Shown here one piece after another: positions 53,639-61,891 of a DNA stretch of 64,000 nt. Source of the DNA: an uncultured Flavobacteriales bacterium. Lineage in GTDB: Bacteria > Bacteroidota > Bacteroidia > Flavobacteriales > UBA1820. The stretch is from NCBI GenBank assembly GCA_959608625.1, contig CAUHQV010000001.1, forward strand, positions 39,783-103,782, written 5' to 3'. The notes below the pieces were generated by a model. It saw only the letters and a program-made list of their open reading frames with translations. It was not told the DNA's origin and searched no databases. How positions within the stretch are numbered: the first letter of the stretch is position 1; the number at the start of each line of letters is the position of its first letter. A program made the position numbers and the translations under genes.

Positions 53639-54382
53639 ATGAAGGTAAAAACCATACTCGTTTCCCAGCAGGAACCTAAAGCGGAAGGTTCGCCATATGG
53701 CGAATTGGAGCAGAAATTCGGAGTCAAAGTCGACTTTATGCCTTTTTCCCTGGTGGAAGGAGTGGATGCGTCGGCCGTCCGGAAGCAGAAGATCGACCTG
53801 AAAAATTATACGGCGCTCATTCTCAACAGTAAAAACGCAGTAGACCATTATTTCCGTATCGCCGATGAAATGCGTTTCAAGGTGCCGGATACCATGAAAT
53901 ATTTTTGCCAGACGGAAACGATAGCCTACTACCTTCAGAAGTATGTGGTATACCGTAAACGAAAAATATATATCGGAGGCAAGGTTTTCGAGGACGTGGT
54001 CAAACTGATAAAAAAGCACCGTTCCGAAACATTCCTGATGCCTACTTCCGACAGCCTGCGCCCGGAGATACCGGCCACTCTCGATGAAACGGGGATAAAA
54101 TGGGATCGCGCTATCCTGTATACCAACGTTTACGCGGATCTTTCGTCTCTGAAGGATAAAAAATACGATATCCTGGCTTTCTTTACCCCGGCCGCCCTGA
54201 AATCGATGTTCCATAACTTCCCCGATTTCGAGCAAGGGGATATCCGTATTGCCACTTTCGGGGTTTCCACGTTCAAGGAAGCGGAAGCATCCGGCCTTAC
54301 GGTAGACATCAAGGCCCCCTCTCCGGAAGCTCCTTCGATGGCGATGGCGCTGCAGGAATATATTAAGGCAGCCAATAAATAG
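53639..54382 (+). CDS. hemD: Uroporphyrinogen-III synthase (HemD-like)
   Basis: 247 aa. MKVKTILVSQQEP, ILNSKNAVDHYF and AFFTPAALKSM fit the Bacteroidetes HemD family. The antisense 394-aa ORF is rejected. Confidence 0.8.
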   Translation: MKVKTILVSQQEPKAEGSPYGELEQKFGVKVDFMPFSLVEGVDASAVRKQKIDLKNYTALILNSKNAVDHYFRIADEMRFKVPDTMKYFCQTETIAYYLQKYVVYRKRKIYIGGKVFEDVVKLIKKHRSETFLMPTSDSLRPEIPATLDETGIKWDRAILYTNVYADLSSLKDKKYDILAFFTPAALKSMFHNFPDFEQGDIRIATFGVSTFKEAEASGLTVDIKAPSPEAPSMAMALQEYIKAANK

Positions 54383-54487
54383 GTACATGTATCGAAACAC
54401 CGTCCGGACGCCATTTAGGCGCCCGGACTTTTTTTGCCCTGCCTGTATGGGGAAAAACCGTACCTTTGCGCATAATCGATAGAAGTC

Positions 54488-55189
54488 ATGCTGCTTATAT
54501 ACGAAGATATGCCACTCAGTGGGATCATTGAAGAAAATGTTTCGTTGATCCCTCTGCTGGATCGTTTCGGCATCTCCCTGGGTATGGCCGACAAAACGGT
54601 GGGGGAAGTATGTGCCGGGCAGGGGATAGATACCGGCTTTTTCCTGACGGTACTCAATACTTTTCTGAACGAAGATTATTTTCCCGAGAAAAAATTCGCG
54701 GCCTTCCATATCGAACAAATCGTGGATTATCTGCGCAAGACCAACCTGTATTACCGGAATTACCAGCTCCCCAATATAGAACGCCACTTAAAAGGTTTTG
54801 TCGGCTCGGCCGCCGGTCAAAATCCATCTCTGGTTATGGTGGGAAATATTTTTTCCCGGGCGAGGAATTTACTGTTGGAACGCATCGAACGGGATGAGCA
54901 TTCGTTTTTTCCATACGTATCCGGGCTTTGTGCCGATCATCCCCAAATTTCCGACCGGCAGATGATCCGGCAGGAAGACGATGCTCAGGACAGCGGATGG
55001 GAGCTGCTCCACGATATAAAGAGCGTCATGATCCGGCATTTGACGGGGAATTACGACCGGAACCTCTGCTATGCCGTCCTGTTTGCCGTGTCGGCCCTCG
55101 AACGGGACGTGAAACAGCATGACCGTATCCGTTACCGTATTTTGGAACCGGCTGTCAGGGCGATGGAGAAAGCCAAAAAACAGGGATAA
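54488..55189 (+). CDS. ScdA-N/hemerythrin-like helical protein (putative sensor partner of the next gene)
   Basis: The N-terminus PLSGIIEENVSLIPLLDRFGISLGMADKTVGEVCAGQGIDTGFFLTVLN resembles the ScdA/RIC N-terminal domain. The remainder is helical with spaced His/Glu. The assignment is tentative. Confidence 0.55.
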   Translation: MLLIYEDMPLSGIIEENVSLIPLLDRFGISLGMADKTVGEVCAGQGIDTGFFLTVLNTFLNEDYFPEKKFAAFHIEQIVDYLRKTNLYYRNYQLPNIERHLKGFVGSAAGQNPSLVMVGNIFSRARNLLLERIERDEHSFFPYVSGLCADHPQISDRQMIRQEDDAQDSGWELLHDIKSVMIRHLTGNYDRNLCYAVLFAVSALERDVKQHDRIRYRILEPAVRAMEKAKKQG

Positions 55190-55191
55190 CG

Positions 55192-55743
55192 ATGCGGAAC
55201 CTCCGAAGAATAGCGGTCATTTCCCAGGATACTTTGCGGGCTACAGGCCTTCAGAATATGCTGGTGTCCTATTTTTCTCCGGTGGAGACGGATCTGTTCC
55301 CTCTGGAAGAACTGGAGAATGGCCTTCCGGGCGAGTACGACTATTATTTTATCGACAAAGGGTTGGCGGATACATACGGGCTAGTGTTTCCGGGGGTAAA
55401 AGTGATGTATCTTTCTCCCGGTCGGGAAAGTTGCGGTGCATGCTGCCTTGATGTATCTATCGGTGTACAGGAAATACTGGGGGCTATCGAGACCTTCTTT
55501 TCGGACGGCTGCGAGGATCAGGAGCGCAGCAAAACATTGACCGACCGCGAGATACAAGTGCTCCGGCAGATAGCCTCCGGTGCGATAAACAAGGAGATCG
55601 CCGACCGGCTGTCCATCAGTTTCAATACCGTCCTCACACACCGGAAGAATATCACGGCCAAAACAGGGATTAAAACCGTTTCCGGGCTCACCTTCTACGC
55701 GATCATCAACGGGTACGCTTCCCCGTCCGATATCGAATTCTAG
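55192..55743 (+). CDS. LuxR-family (GerE HTH) transcriptional regulator with atypical N-terminal domain
   Basis: C-terminal LTDREIQVLRQIASGAINKEIADRLSISFNTVLTHRKNITAKTG. Starts 3 nt after the previous stop. Confidence 0.85.
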   Translation: MRNLRRIAVISQDTLRATGLQNMLVSYFSPVETDLFPLEELENGLPGEYDYYFIDKGLADTYGLVFPGVKVMYLSPGRESCGACCLDVSIGVQEILGAIETFFSDGCEDQERSKTLTDREIQVLRQIASGAINKEIADRLSISFNTVLTHRKNITAKTGIKTVSGLTFYAIINGYASPSDIEF

Positions 55744-56753
55744 TTCACGGTTTTCAGTCCGAGAATATTTTCCGAAAAAGAGAAAATGGCTTTTTCTACC
55801 GATGGGATGTCTTTTGAAACGATCCCGCTGGCCATCGGGTGCACTCCTACATCAGGCAGTTCCACGTACACATTCTCGTGGGGCGGAGTGCCCAGTTCAG
55901 ACACCATCTTGCGGATTTCGCTTACCCGTACAGTGCCATCCTGGTGTTTTTTATCTTTGTAATAGGCCAATGTGAGACACGGTACCGTTACTTTCTCAAA
56001 AGTTTTCCGGGTCATCGTAGCATCGACCAATACTTGCAATTGCACGGTGGACTCCAGCCTCGCTCCTTCGCTCCAGGCCTCCGGGTGATAGGAGCCCGGG
56101 TTTATCGGCATATACTTGCCGCCCATCACCAGCCGGGCGATCTGCAATCCCCAAGGGCCATCCAGGAGTTTCACCCCGAAGTCGGCTGGCAGGATGTTGG
56201 GGGAAATATTGATAAGCGCCGTGACTTTTCCCGGATAGGTGGCTGCCAAATAGAGAGCGAGCGTCCCTCCGGTAGATGTACTCATTATCAGTATTTTGTC
56301 GCCCAGTTTTTCGGCCACGGCCAGCGCGTTCTTCGCGCTTTCCCACAGGCATTCGGCGGTCATATCTAACAACGGCTCTTTCGTATCCAGTCCGTGTGCA
56401 CACAGGCGGGGAGCGTACAGGTTGCACCCGTACCGGGCGGCAAAATCGGTGGTCACCGGTTCGCCTTCGAGCCGTGAAGCGCTGTACCCGTGCAAGTATA
56501 ATAGAACGTACTGCGTGCGCGCCATCGTGTCGGCGTGCCAGAAAATACGGGCTTCGTTGTCTTTTTTTACATTCCCGAGGCTCTGTTCCGCCGCATTTAT
56601 GCTGTCCTGAAGCGCGGTCAGGGAAGAGGGCACTACTGGGAAAGCGGCAGATAGAACGGGTTTTTCCGGGCGCGGGCCAGCCAGATAAAGGATGGCCAGG
56701 AGAATAACAATCGCACCCGTGATAGAAAATATCCGGTGTTTTTTCGTTTTCAT
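55740..56753 (-). CDS. Alpha/beta-hydrolase-fold esterase/lipase, membrane-anchored or secreted
   Basis: 337 aa. N-terminal hydrophobic anchor. YLHGYSAS. Nucleophile elbow MSTSTGG. Confidence 0.8.
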   Translation of the reverse strand: MKTKKHRIFSITGAIVILLAILYLAGPRPEKPVLSAAFPVVPSSLTALQDSINAAEQSLGNVKKDNEARIFWHADTMARTQYVLLYLHGYSASRLEGEPVTTDFAARYGCNLYAPRLCAHGLDTKEPLLDMTAECLWESAKNALAVAEKLGDKILIMSTSTGGTLALYLAATYPGKVTALINISPNILPADFGVKLLDGPWGLQIARLVMGGKYMPINPGSYHPEAWSEGARLESTVQLQVLVDATMTRKTFEKVTVPCLTLAYYKDKKHQDGTVRVSEIRKMVSELGTPPHENVYVELPDVGVHPMASGIVSKDIPSVEKAIFSFSENILGLKTVN

Positions 56754-56766
56754 AGTATGGAATGGT

Positions 56767-57240
56767 TTATTTGGCGTTTTCCGTCTCGAAGGCAGTATCT
56801 GCCGCCAGGGTTTTCAGGGGTGCGGTGGCTGCTTCTACGGCCATCGTGTCGCACCGCTCATTCTCGGGATGCTCGTTGTGCCCTTTGATCCAATGGAAGG
56901 TAACGTGCTGGTACTTGGCCGCCCGCAGATAGCGCATCCAGAGGTCGGAGTTTTTCTTCCCGTCGAAGTTCTTTTTTACCCAACCTTGTAGCCAGCCCTT
57001 TTCGACGGCGTCCACCACGTATTTGGAATCCGAATAGATATGGACTTCATGGCCGGACGTTTTTAGTTTTTCCAGGGCAACGATCACCGCCAGGAGTTCC
57101 ATCCGGTTGTTGGTGGTCAGGCGGAAGCCCCGGTTGAAAGTCTTTTCGTAGCCTGTCCCGGCCACCCGCATGAGGATACCGTATCCTCCTGGTCCGGGGT
57201 TGCCCCGGGAAGAGCCGTCGGTGTATATCTCGATCTTCAT
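56767..57240 (-). CDS. rnhA: Ribonuclease HI
   Basis: IYTDGSSRGNPGPGGYG, TNNRMEL, IYSDSKYV, WIKGHNEHPENERCD. Confidence 0.95.
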   Translation of the reverse strand: MKIEIYTDGSSRGNPGPGGYGILMRVAGTGYEKTFNRGFRLTTNNRMELLAVIVALEKLKTSGHEVHIYSDSKYVVDAVEKGWLQGWVKKNFDGKKNSDLWMRYLRAAKYQHVTFHWIKGHNEHPENERCDTMAVEAATAPLKTLAADTAFETENAK

Positions 57241-57614
57241 TCGTTTTTTTCGTTCAGTTTTTCATGCCAGCGGGCAAAAACTTTTTCCATACGGGCTTTC
57301 ACTTCGGCAAAATCCGGGACTTCCCGTCCCGTCCAGAAAAAGATAAATGCAAAATTCCGGTCGTATTTTTTGAGGTTTTTTTCGCGGGAGGTGCGGTAAA
57401 CTTCTCGCATCAGGCGTTTTATATGGTTGCGGTCTACGGCGTGGCGGTAGTGTTTTTTCGGGACGAAAAAAGCGGCCGCCGTATTTTTTTCTTTTTCCAC
57501 CTCGCGCCAGCACATACGGAGTGGAAAACTGGCAACACTCCTGCGATCCGAAAGGATTTCCCGAATGAGTTTTAAACTTTTCAGCCGTTGGTTTTTTCCG
57601 AGTGTCGCCCGCAT
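57237..57614 (-). CDS. rnpA: Ribonuclease P protein component
   Basis: 125 aa, basic. AVDRNHIKRLMREVYR (RNR-like motif). 4-nt overlap with rnhA. Confidence 0.85.
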   Translation of the reverse strand: MRATLGKNQRLKSLKLIREILSDRRSVASFPLRMCWREVEKEKNTAAAFFVPKKHYRHAVDRNHIKRLMREVYRTSREKNLKKYDRNFAFIFFWTGREVPDFAEVKARMEKVFARWHEKLNEKNE

Positions 57615-57640
57615 GTGTGTTTTTGTTTTTCAGCTTACGA

Positions 57641-57648
57641 CAAAGATA
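57641..57648 (-). promoter_or_regulatory. Candidate -7 element TATCTTTG (minus strand) for rnpA-rnhA
   Basis: Plus strand CAAAGATA, 27 nt upstream of the ATG at 57614. Confidence 0.4.
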
Positions 57649-57720
57649 GGCAATAGGGATTGCAAGAAAAAAGCGAGAAAGGAAATTTTCGGAAAAAATA
57701 TTCCGTTTTTTGCCGAAAAA

Positions 57721-57900
57721 GAGCTTTGATTTTTAAAAAATAATTATTGATGTAAAAAAATATTAAATAGTAAAATTTTAGAAAAAAAATCATCTTTTAA
57801 AATTATTTTATTTTGGCATTTTTCGATTTTGTTTTGATTGTCAATTAATTATAAAAAAAACGTATGTTAATTTGCTAAAAGTTTTGAAAATTAAGAACAA
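57721..57900. other. Extreme AT-rich tract with multiple A/T runs in the rnpA/nrdJ divergent spacer
   Basis: Hand count gives 28 G+C in 180 nt (about 16 percent). A6, A7, A8 and A8 runs at 57735-40, 57754-60, 57782-89 and 57853-60, plus T-runs. No ORF. Confidence 0.7.
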
Positions 57901-57917
57901 GCAACAGGGAAAAGGTT

Positions 57918-57925
57918 TACATTTG
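57918..57925 (+). promoter_or_regulatory. Candidate -7 element TACATTTG for nrdJ
   Basis: Exact TAnnTTTG about 163 nt upstream of the ATG at 58088, implying a long leader. Confidence 0.3.
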
Positions 57926-58087
57926 TCTCACCGAAAAGGCAGCGTTTTTGCCTCTCCGGCCGCCGCTCTTCGCCCAAACACCTAAAGGTAGGTACTTAGT
58001 GTGGTAAAAACAAAATAATAATATATAAATATTGGATTCGCCGCAGGGAGCAGACACCCGAACGGCCCTTTTTAAAAGCTATCTGTT

Positions 58088-60682
58088 ATGAAAAACACGA
58101 CAGGTGAGGCCGGAGCGCCTCCGAAAAAAAAGAAAACCTATCCTTACCAGGAAGTATTAGCCGCCGCGTTGAAATATTTCGACGGCGACGAACTGGCTGC
58201 CACGACCTGGGCTAAAAAGTACGCCCTCAAAGATTTGAACGGGGAAATTCTGGAAAAATCCCCGGAAGACATGCACCGCCGGATGGCTGCGGAATTCGCC
58301 CGCATCGAAAAGAAATATCCGGTGAAAAGCAAAACGCGTTTGTCGGATTATGGAAAAACGCGCGAGGAATTGGGTGAAAAGCAGATATTTCACCTGTTCG
58401 ATAAGTTCGGCTATATCGTTCCCCAAGGGAGTGTAATGACTGCACTGGGAAACAAGGAGATTATCGCTTCCCTGTCGAACTGCGTGGTCGTTCCTTCGGT
58501 TGTCGATTCGTATGGCGGAATATTCTATACCGACGAGCAGCTAGCCCAATTGTTCAAACGCCGCTGTGGGGTTGGAGTCGACATTTCCGGCCTGCGGCCC
58601 AAAAATTCCATCGTGTCCAACGCCGCCGGCACAACTACCGGGGCGGTATCGTTCATGGAGCGTTTTTCCAATACTACGCGCGAGGTGGCCCAGAACGGCC
58701 GCCGCGGGGCGTTGATGCTCACCATGGATGTGGCCCATCCCAATGTCGAGGATTTTATTACCATCAAGCAAGACCTGTCCAAAGTCACCGGCGCCAACGT
58801 ATCGGTGCGTATTTCCGACGAGTTCATGAAAGCGGTGGAGGAAGATGCCGAATATACCCAGCGTTGGCCGATAGACGATCCGGATCCGAGGTACAATAAG
58901 ACGATAAAGGCCCGCGAACTGTGGGACAAGATCATCTCTTCGGCCCACAATACGGCCGAACCGGGGATCATTTTTTGGGACCGCCAGCATAAGTATTCGA
59001 CTTCGTCCGTGTACCCGGGTTATAAGAACGAATCGACCAACCCGTGCTCGGAGATCGCGATGCAGGGAGGGGATTCCTGCCGACTGATCGCGATCAATAT
59101 GTATTCGTTCGTCAAGAACCCGTTCTCGGACAAGGCGGAATTCGATTTCGACAAATTCTACCGGGTAGCTTACGAAGGGCAGCGCCTGAACGATGACTTG
59201 GTAGATCTCGAGCTCGAATGCGTAGAGCGTATCCTGGCCAAAGTGGACGCCGATCCGGAGCCCGATTTCATCAAGCGCAACGAACGCGAGCTATGGGAAC
59301 TCCTCTATAATACCGGGAAAAAAGGCCGCCGTACGGGGTTGGGATTCACCGGGCTGGCCGATACGCTGGCCGGGCTGAACATCAAGTTCGATTCCCTGGA
59401 GGCGCTCGATATGGTGGAGAAGATTATGCGGGTCAAACTGCAGGGTGAATTCGATTCTTCCATCGACATGGCTATTACCCGCGGAGCGTTCGAAGGATTC
59501 GATCCCAAATGGGAGAATACGTCGGAATTCGTCCAGATGCTGGAAAAGGAATTCCCCGGGATTTACAAGCGGATGATGAAGGAAGGGCGACGCAACATCT
59601 CTCTTTCTACGGTGGCCCCGACAGGCTCCATCAGCTTGCTCACCCGGACCTCTTCCGGAATAGAGCCCGTGTTCATGCTTTCGTACAAGCGCCGCCGCAA
59701 GATCGTAGGCGGGAACGAAGGCAAAGCCGACTTCGTGGACAATATGGGAGATGCATATGAGGAATTCGAAGTGTTCCATCCGGCCCTGCTGAAATGGAAA
59801 CAGGTCACCGGGAAAGACGATATCGCCCAGTCCCCGTATGCCGGGTCGACTGCCGGGGAGATCGACTGGTTCAAACGGGTGCAAATGCAATCCCTCGTCC
59901 AAAAATACACGACCCATTCCATTTCGTCGACTATCAACCTGCCAACCGACGTCAACGTCGACCGGGTAGGGGAGATTTATCTCGAAAGTTGGAAACAAGG
60001 GCTCAAAGGTATCACCGTATACCGTGACGGTTCGCGTTCGGGCGTATTGGTAGCCTCGGACTCGAAAGAGAAAAAAGAAAAGAAAGAGTCGGACGACAAG
60101 ACGCTCAAAGCCCTGGGCAACCTGGTGCTGGAACGCGACTTGATCCGCCGTCCCAAACGCCTGGAGGCCGATATAGTCCGTTTCCAGAACGAATACGAAA
60201 AATGGCTGGCCGTGATCGGCATTATGGACGGGCGTCCGTACGAGATATTCACCGGCCGGATGGAAGATGCGTTCAACCTGCCTTCCTATGTGGAAAAAGG
60301 AGTGGTGATCAAGGAGAAGGACGACGACGGTATCTCCCGGTATGACTTCCAGTATACCGATAAAGAAGGCTACCGTACGACGATCGAAGGGTTGTCCCGT
60401 TCGTTCAACAAGGAGTACTGGAACTATGCCATCCTTATTTCCGGAGTCCTCCGCCACGGAATGCCGCTCAACTATGTGGTGGAACTGATCGGCAACCTCC
60501 ACTTGTATGACGAAAACCTCAATACGTGGAAGAACGGCGTGCTTCGCGCCCTGAAGCGCTATATCCCCAACGGGACGGCTGCCGCGGATAAAAAATGCCC
60601 CGAATGCGGCGATCCGGACGGACTGATCTACGAGAACGGCTGCCTGATCTGCAAGAGCTGCGGGCATTCCAAATGCGGTTGA
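58088..60682 (+). CDS. nrdJ: Adenosylcobalamin-dependent (class II) ribonucleoside-diphosphate reductase
   Basis: 864 aa. NPCSEIAMQ (catalytic Cys), STVAPTGSISLL, HSISSTINLP. C-terminal Cys4 finger CPECG...CKSCGHSKCG. Confidence 0.9.
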   Translation: MKNTTGEAGAPPKKKKTYPYQEVLAAALKYFDGDELAATTWAKKYALKDLNGEILEKSPEDMHRRMAAEFARIEKKYPVKSKTRLSDYGKTREELGEKQIFHLFDKFGYIVPQGSVMTALGNKEIIASLSNCVVVPSVVDSYGGIFYTDEQLAQLFKRRCGVGVDISGLRPKNSIVSNAAGTTTGAVSFMERFSNTTREVAQNGRRGALMLTMDVAHPNVEDFITIKQDLSKVTGANVSVRISDEFMKAVEEDAEYTQRWPIDDPDPRYNKTIKARELWDKIISSAHNTAEPGIIFWDRQHKYSTSSVYPGYKNESTNPCSEIAMQGGDSCRLIAINMYSFVKNPFSDKAEFDFDKFYRVAYEGQRLNDDLVDLELECVERILAKVDADPEPDFIKRNERELWELLYNTGKKGRRTGLGFTGLADTLAGLNIKFDSLEALDMVEKIMRVKLQGEFDSSIDMAITRGAFEGFDPKWENTSEFVQMLEKEFPGIYKRMMKEGRRNISLSTVAPTGSISLLTRTSSGIEPVFMLSYKRRRKIVGGNEGKADFVDNMGDAYEEFEVFHPALLKWKQVTGKDDIAQSPYAGSTAGEIDWFKRVQMQSLVQKYTTHSISSTINLPTDVNVDRVGEIYLESWKQGLKGITVYRDGSRSGVLVASDSKEKKEKKESDDKTLKALGNLVLERDLIRRPKRLEADIVRFQNEYEKWLAVIGIMDGRPYEIFTGRMEDAFNLPSYVEKGVVIKEKDDDGISRYDFQYTDKEGYRTTIEGLSRSFNKEYWNYAILISGVLRHGMPLNYVVELIGNLHLYDENLNTWKNGVLRALKRYIPNGTAAADKKCPECGDPDGLIYENGCLICKSCGHSKCG

Positions 60683-60743
60683 TTCCCCTTTGAAGAATGT
60701 GGCCGGCAGCTAAGGCCTGCTTTCCGAAATACGAAACCTTCCT

Positions 60744-60772
60744 AAAAATCCCGGCGTAGCCGGGATTTTTTT
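60744..60772. terminator. Bidirectional rho-independent terminator
   Basis: AAAAA, then ATCCCGGC, GTA loop, GCCGGGAT, then TTTTTT. It overlaps the stop codon of the minus-strand lysO-like gene. Confidence 0.75.
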
Positions 60773-61397
60773 ATAAAGAACAGAAAAAGGTGACCAGAAA
60801 AGGTACCGAAAGGTCTGCCACGGCTCCGTGGATAATGGCCACGAATACCCATTTTTCCCCGCTGGTGCGGGTAATAATGGGCAGGGTGGAGTCCATCGTC
60901 GTAGCTCCTCCCGCATTGATCGGCGCCAGAGGGCCGAAATACCGGGCTAAAAACGGTGCCCCGAGGAATGTGAAAAGTTCCCGCAGGATATTGCTCACCA
61001 GGGCGACTGTTCCCAAGGCGGCTGCGGCCTGTGTCCCCAGGGAGACCTCCCGCAGGTCGGCAATCAGGATGGAGGAAAGGGAATAGTAGCCCATACCGCT
61101 CCCTACCGCCATACAATCCGCCGGACTCCACCGGGAGATGGCCAGACTGATCAGGGCTGCTCCGACGAGGGCCCCGACGATGGTCGAAAGGGGAACCAGT
61201 AGAACTTTAGGGCGGAGTGTCCGGAGTATTTCTTTCAACCGGCGGTCGCTTCCGATACTCATTCCCACCAGGAACATCAGCAAATAGAGTACATACGAGG
61301 ACAGATCGCCGCTGCCCAGGCTTTCCGGCAAGAGATCCGCATATCCGCCGAAAAATCCCAGGATAAAAAATCCGACGATGATAAGGCTGGTCTTCAT
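60771..61397 (-). CDS. LysO-family (DUF340) exporter, large subunit
   Basis: Trimmed to MKTSLIIVGFFILGFFGGY. About 6 TM, 208 aa. Confidence 0.75.
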   Translation of the reverse strand: MKTSLIIVGFFILGFFGGYADLLPESLGSGDLSSYVLYLLMFLVGMSIGSDRRLKEILRTLRPKVLLVPLSTIVGALVGAALISLAISRWSPADCMAVGSGMGYYSLSSILIADLREVSLGTQAAAALGTVALVSNILRELFTFLGAPFLARYFGPLAPINAGGATTMDSTLPIITRTSGEKWVFVAIIHGAVADLSVPFLVTFFCSL

Positions 61398-61672
61398 TGG
61401 CCTTTCTCTTTTTTGAAGAACGAGCGGTATACGACAACCCCGACCAATACGCTGCCCAGGGTACTGGCAACGGCTATCAAAGCGGCGTCGGCCCCCAGGG
61501 AGAGCAGATTGGCGGTGAGGGTTTTGTTGCTCCCTGCCGAGACCCCCATCAGAAAGAGCAGCAGGGCCACGGTGTAAATGACGGATTTTCCTAAATACTG
61601 TGTCCACCGGGCTTTGCGGAGCAGGTATCCAGCGGCGATTCCGGCGGTCATTACGGCGATCACGATGAACAT
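61394..61672 (-). CDS. LysO-family (DUF340) exporter, small subunit
   Basis: Trimmed to MFIVIAVMTAGIAAGYLLRK. 3 TM, 92 aa. ATGA overlap with the large subunit. Confidence 0.7.
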   Translation of the reverse strand: MFIVIAVMTAGIAAGYLLRKARWTQYLGKSVIYTVALLLFLMGVSAGSNKTLTANLLSLGADAALIAVASTLGSVLVGVVVYRSFFKKEKGQ

Positions 61673-61689
61673 AACGGTCGGCTTTTCGG

Positions 61690-61697
61690 CAAAGATA
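61690..61697 (-). promoter_or_regulatory. Candidate -7 element TATCTTTG (minus strand) for the split lysO-like operon
   Basis: Plus strand CAAAGATA, 18 nt upstream of the ATG at 61672. Confidence 0.35.
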
Positions 61698-61717
61698 GTG
61701 CAAACCGAGAGCAGAGT

Positions 61718-61737
61718 AAAATGAGCCTGCTCATTTT
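61718..61737. promoter_or_regulatory. Perfect 8-4-8 palindrome upstream of the lysO-like promoter (candidate operator)
   Basis: AAAATGAG CCTG CTCATTTT, located 21-40 nt upstream of the -7 element on the minus strand. Confidence 0.35.
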
Positions 61738-61805
61738 CTACCCGAGATGCAGCCTGTTTTCCTTTGACGAAAAAATACGGCGAATCCCCCGATATCACGG
61801 CGCGG

Positions 61806-61852
61806 AAAAAAGCCGGGAGGGCCGCCGGATATTTTTTCCGCGGCCCTCCCGG
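61806..61852 (-). terminator. Rho-independent terminator of the ECF-sigma operon
   Basis: 13-bp stem CCGGGAGGGCCGC/GCGGCCCTCCCGG. T6 run on the minus strand. Confidence 0.75.
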
Positions 61853-61891
61853 ACAATCAAAACATCTATAACAGCACAATAAAAGCCTTAA

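Noticed and set aside
57615-57800. rpmH (ribosomal protein L34) upstream of rnpA, as in many bacteria.
   Set aside because: No ORF encoding the Arg/Lys-rich 44-50-aa L34 sequence exists on the minus strand in this AT-rich spacer. rnpA appears to have its own promoter.
57690-57900. Chromosomal replication origin (oriC) in the AT-rich tract next to rnpA.
   Set aside because: I found no DnaA boxes (TTATCCACA or its complement, or close variants) in or around the tract. There is no dnaA/dnaN nearby, and rpmH is also absent upstream of rnpA. AT-richness alone is insufficient.
57926-58087. Cobalamin riboswitch or NrdR boxes in the nrdJ leader.
   Set aside because: There is no B12-box-like GCCACTG/AGYCMGGAGACC core. 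B12 riboswitches usually repress B12-independent enzymes, not nrdJ. The ACACCTAA...TTAGTGT repeat is 25 bp with a bulge and does not match the 16-bp NrdR palindrome, and no tandem second box is present.
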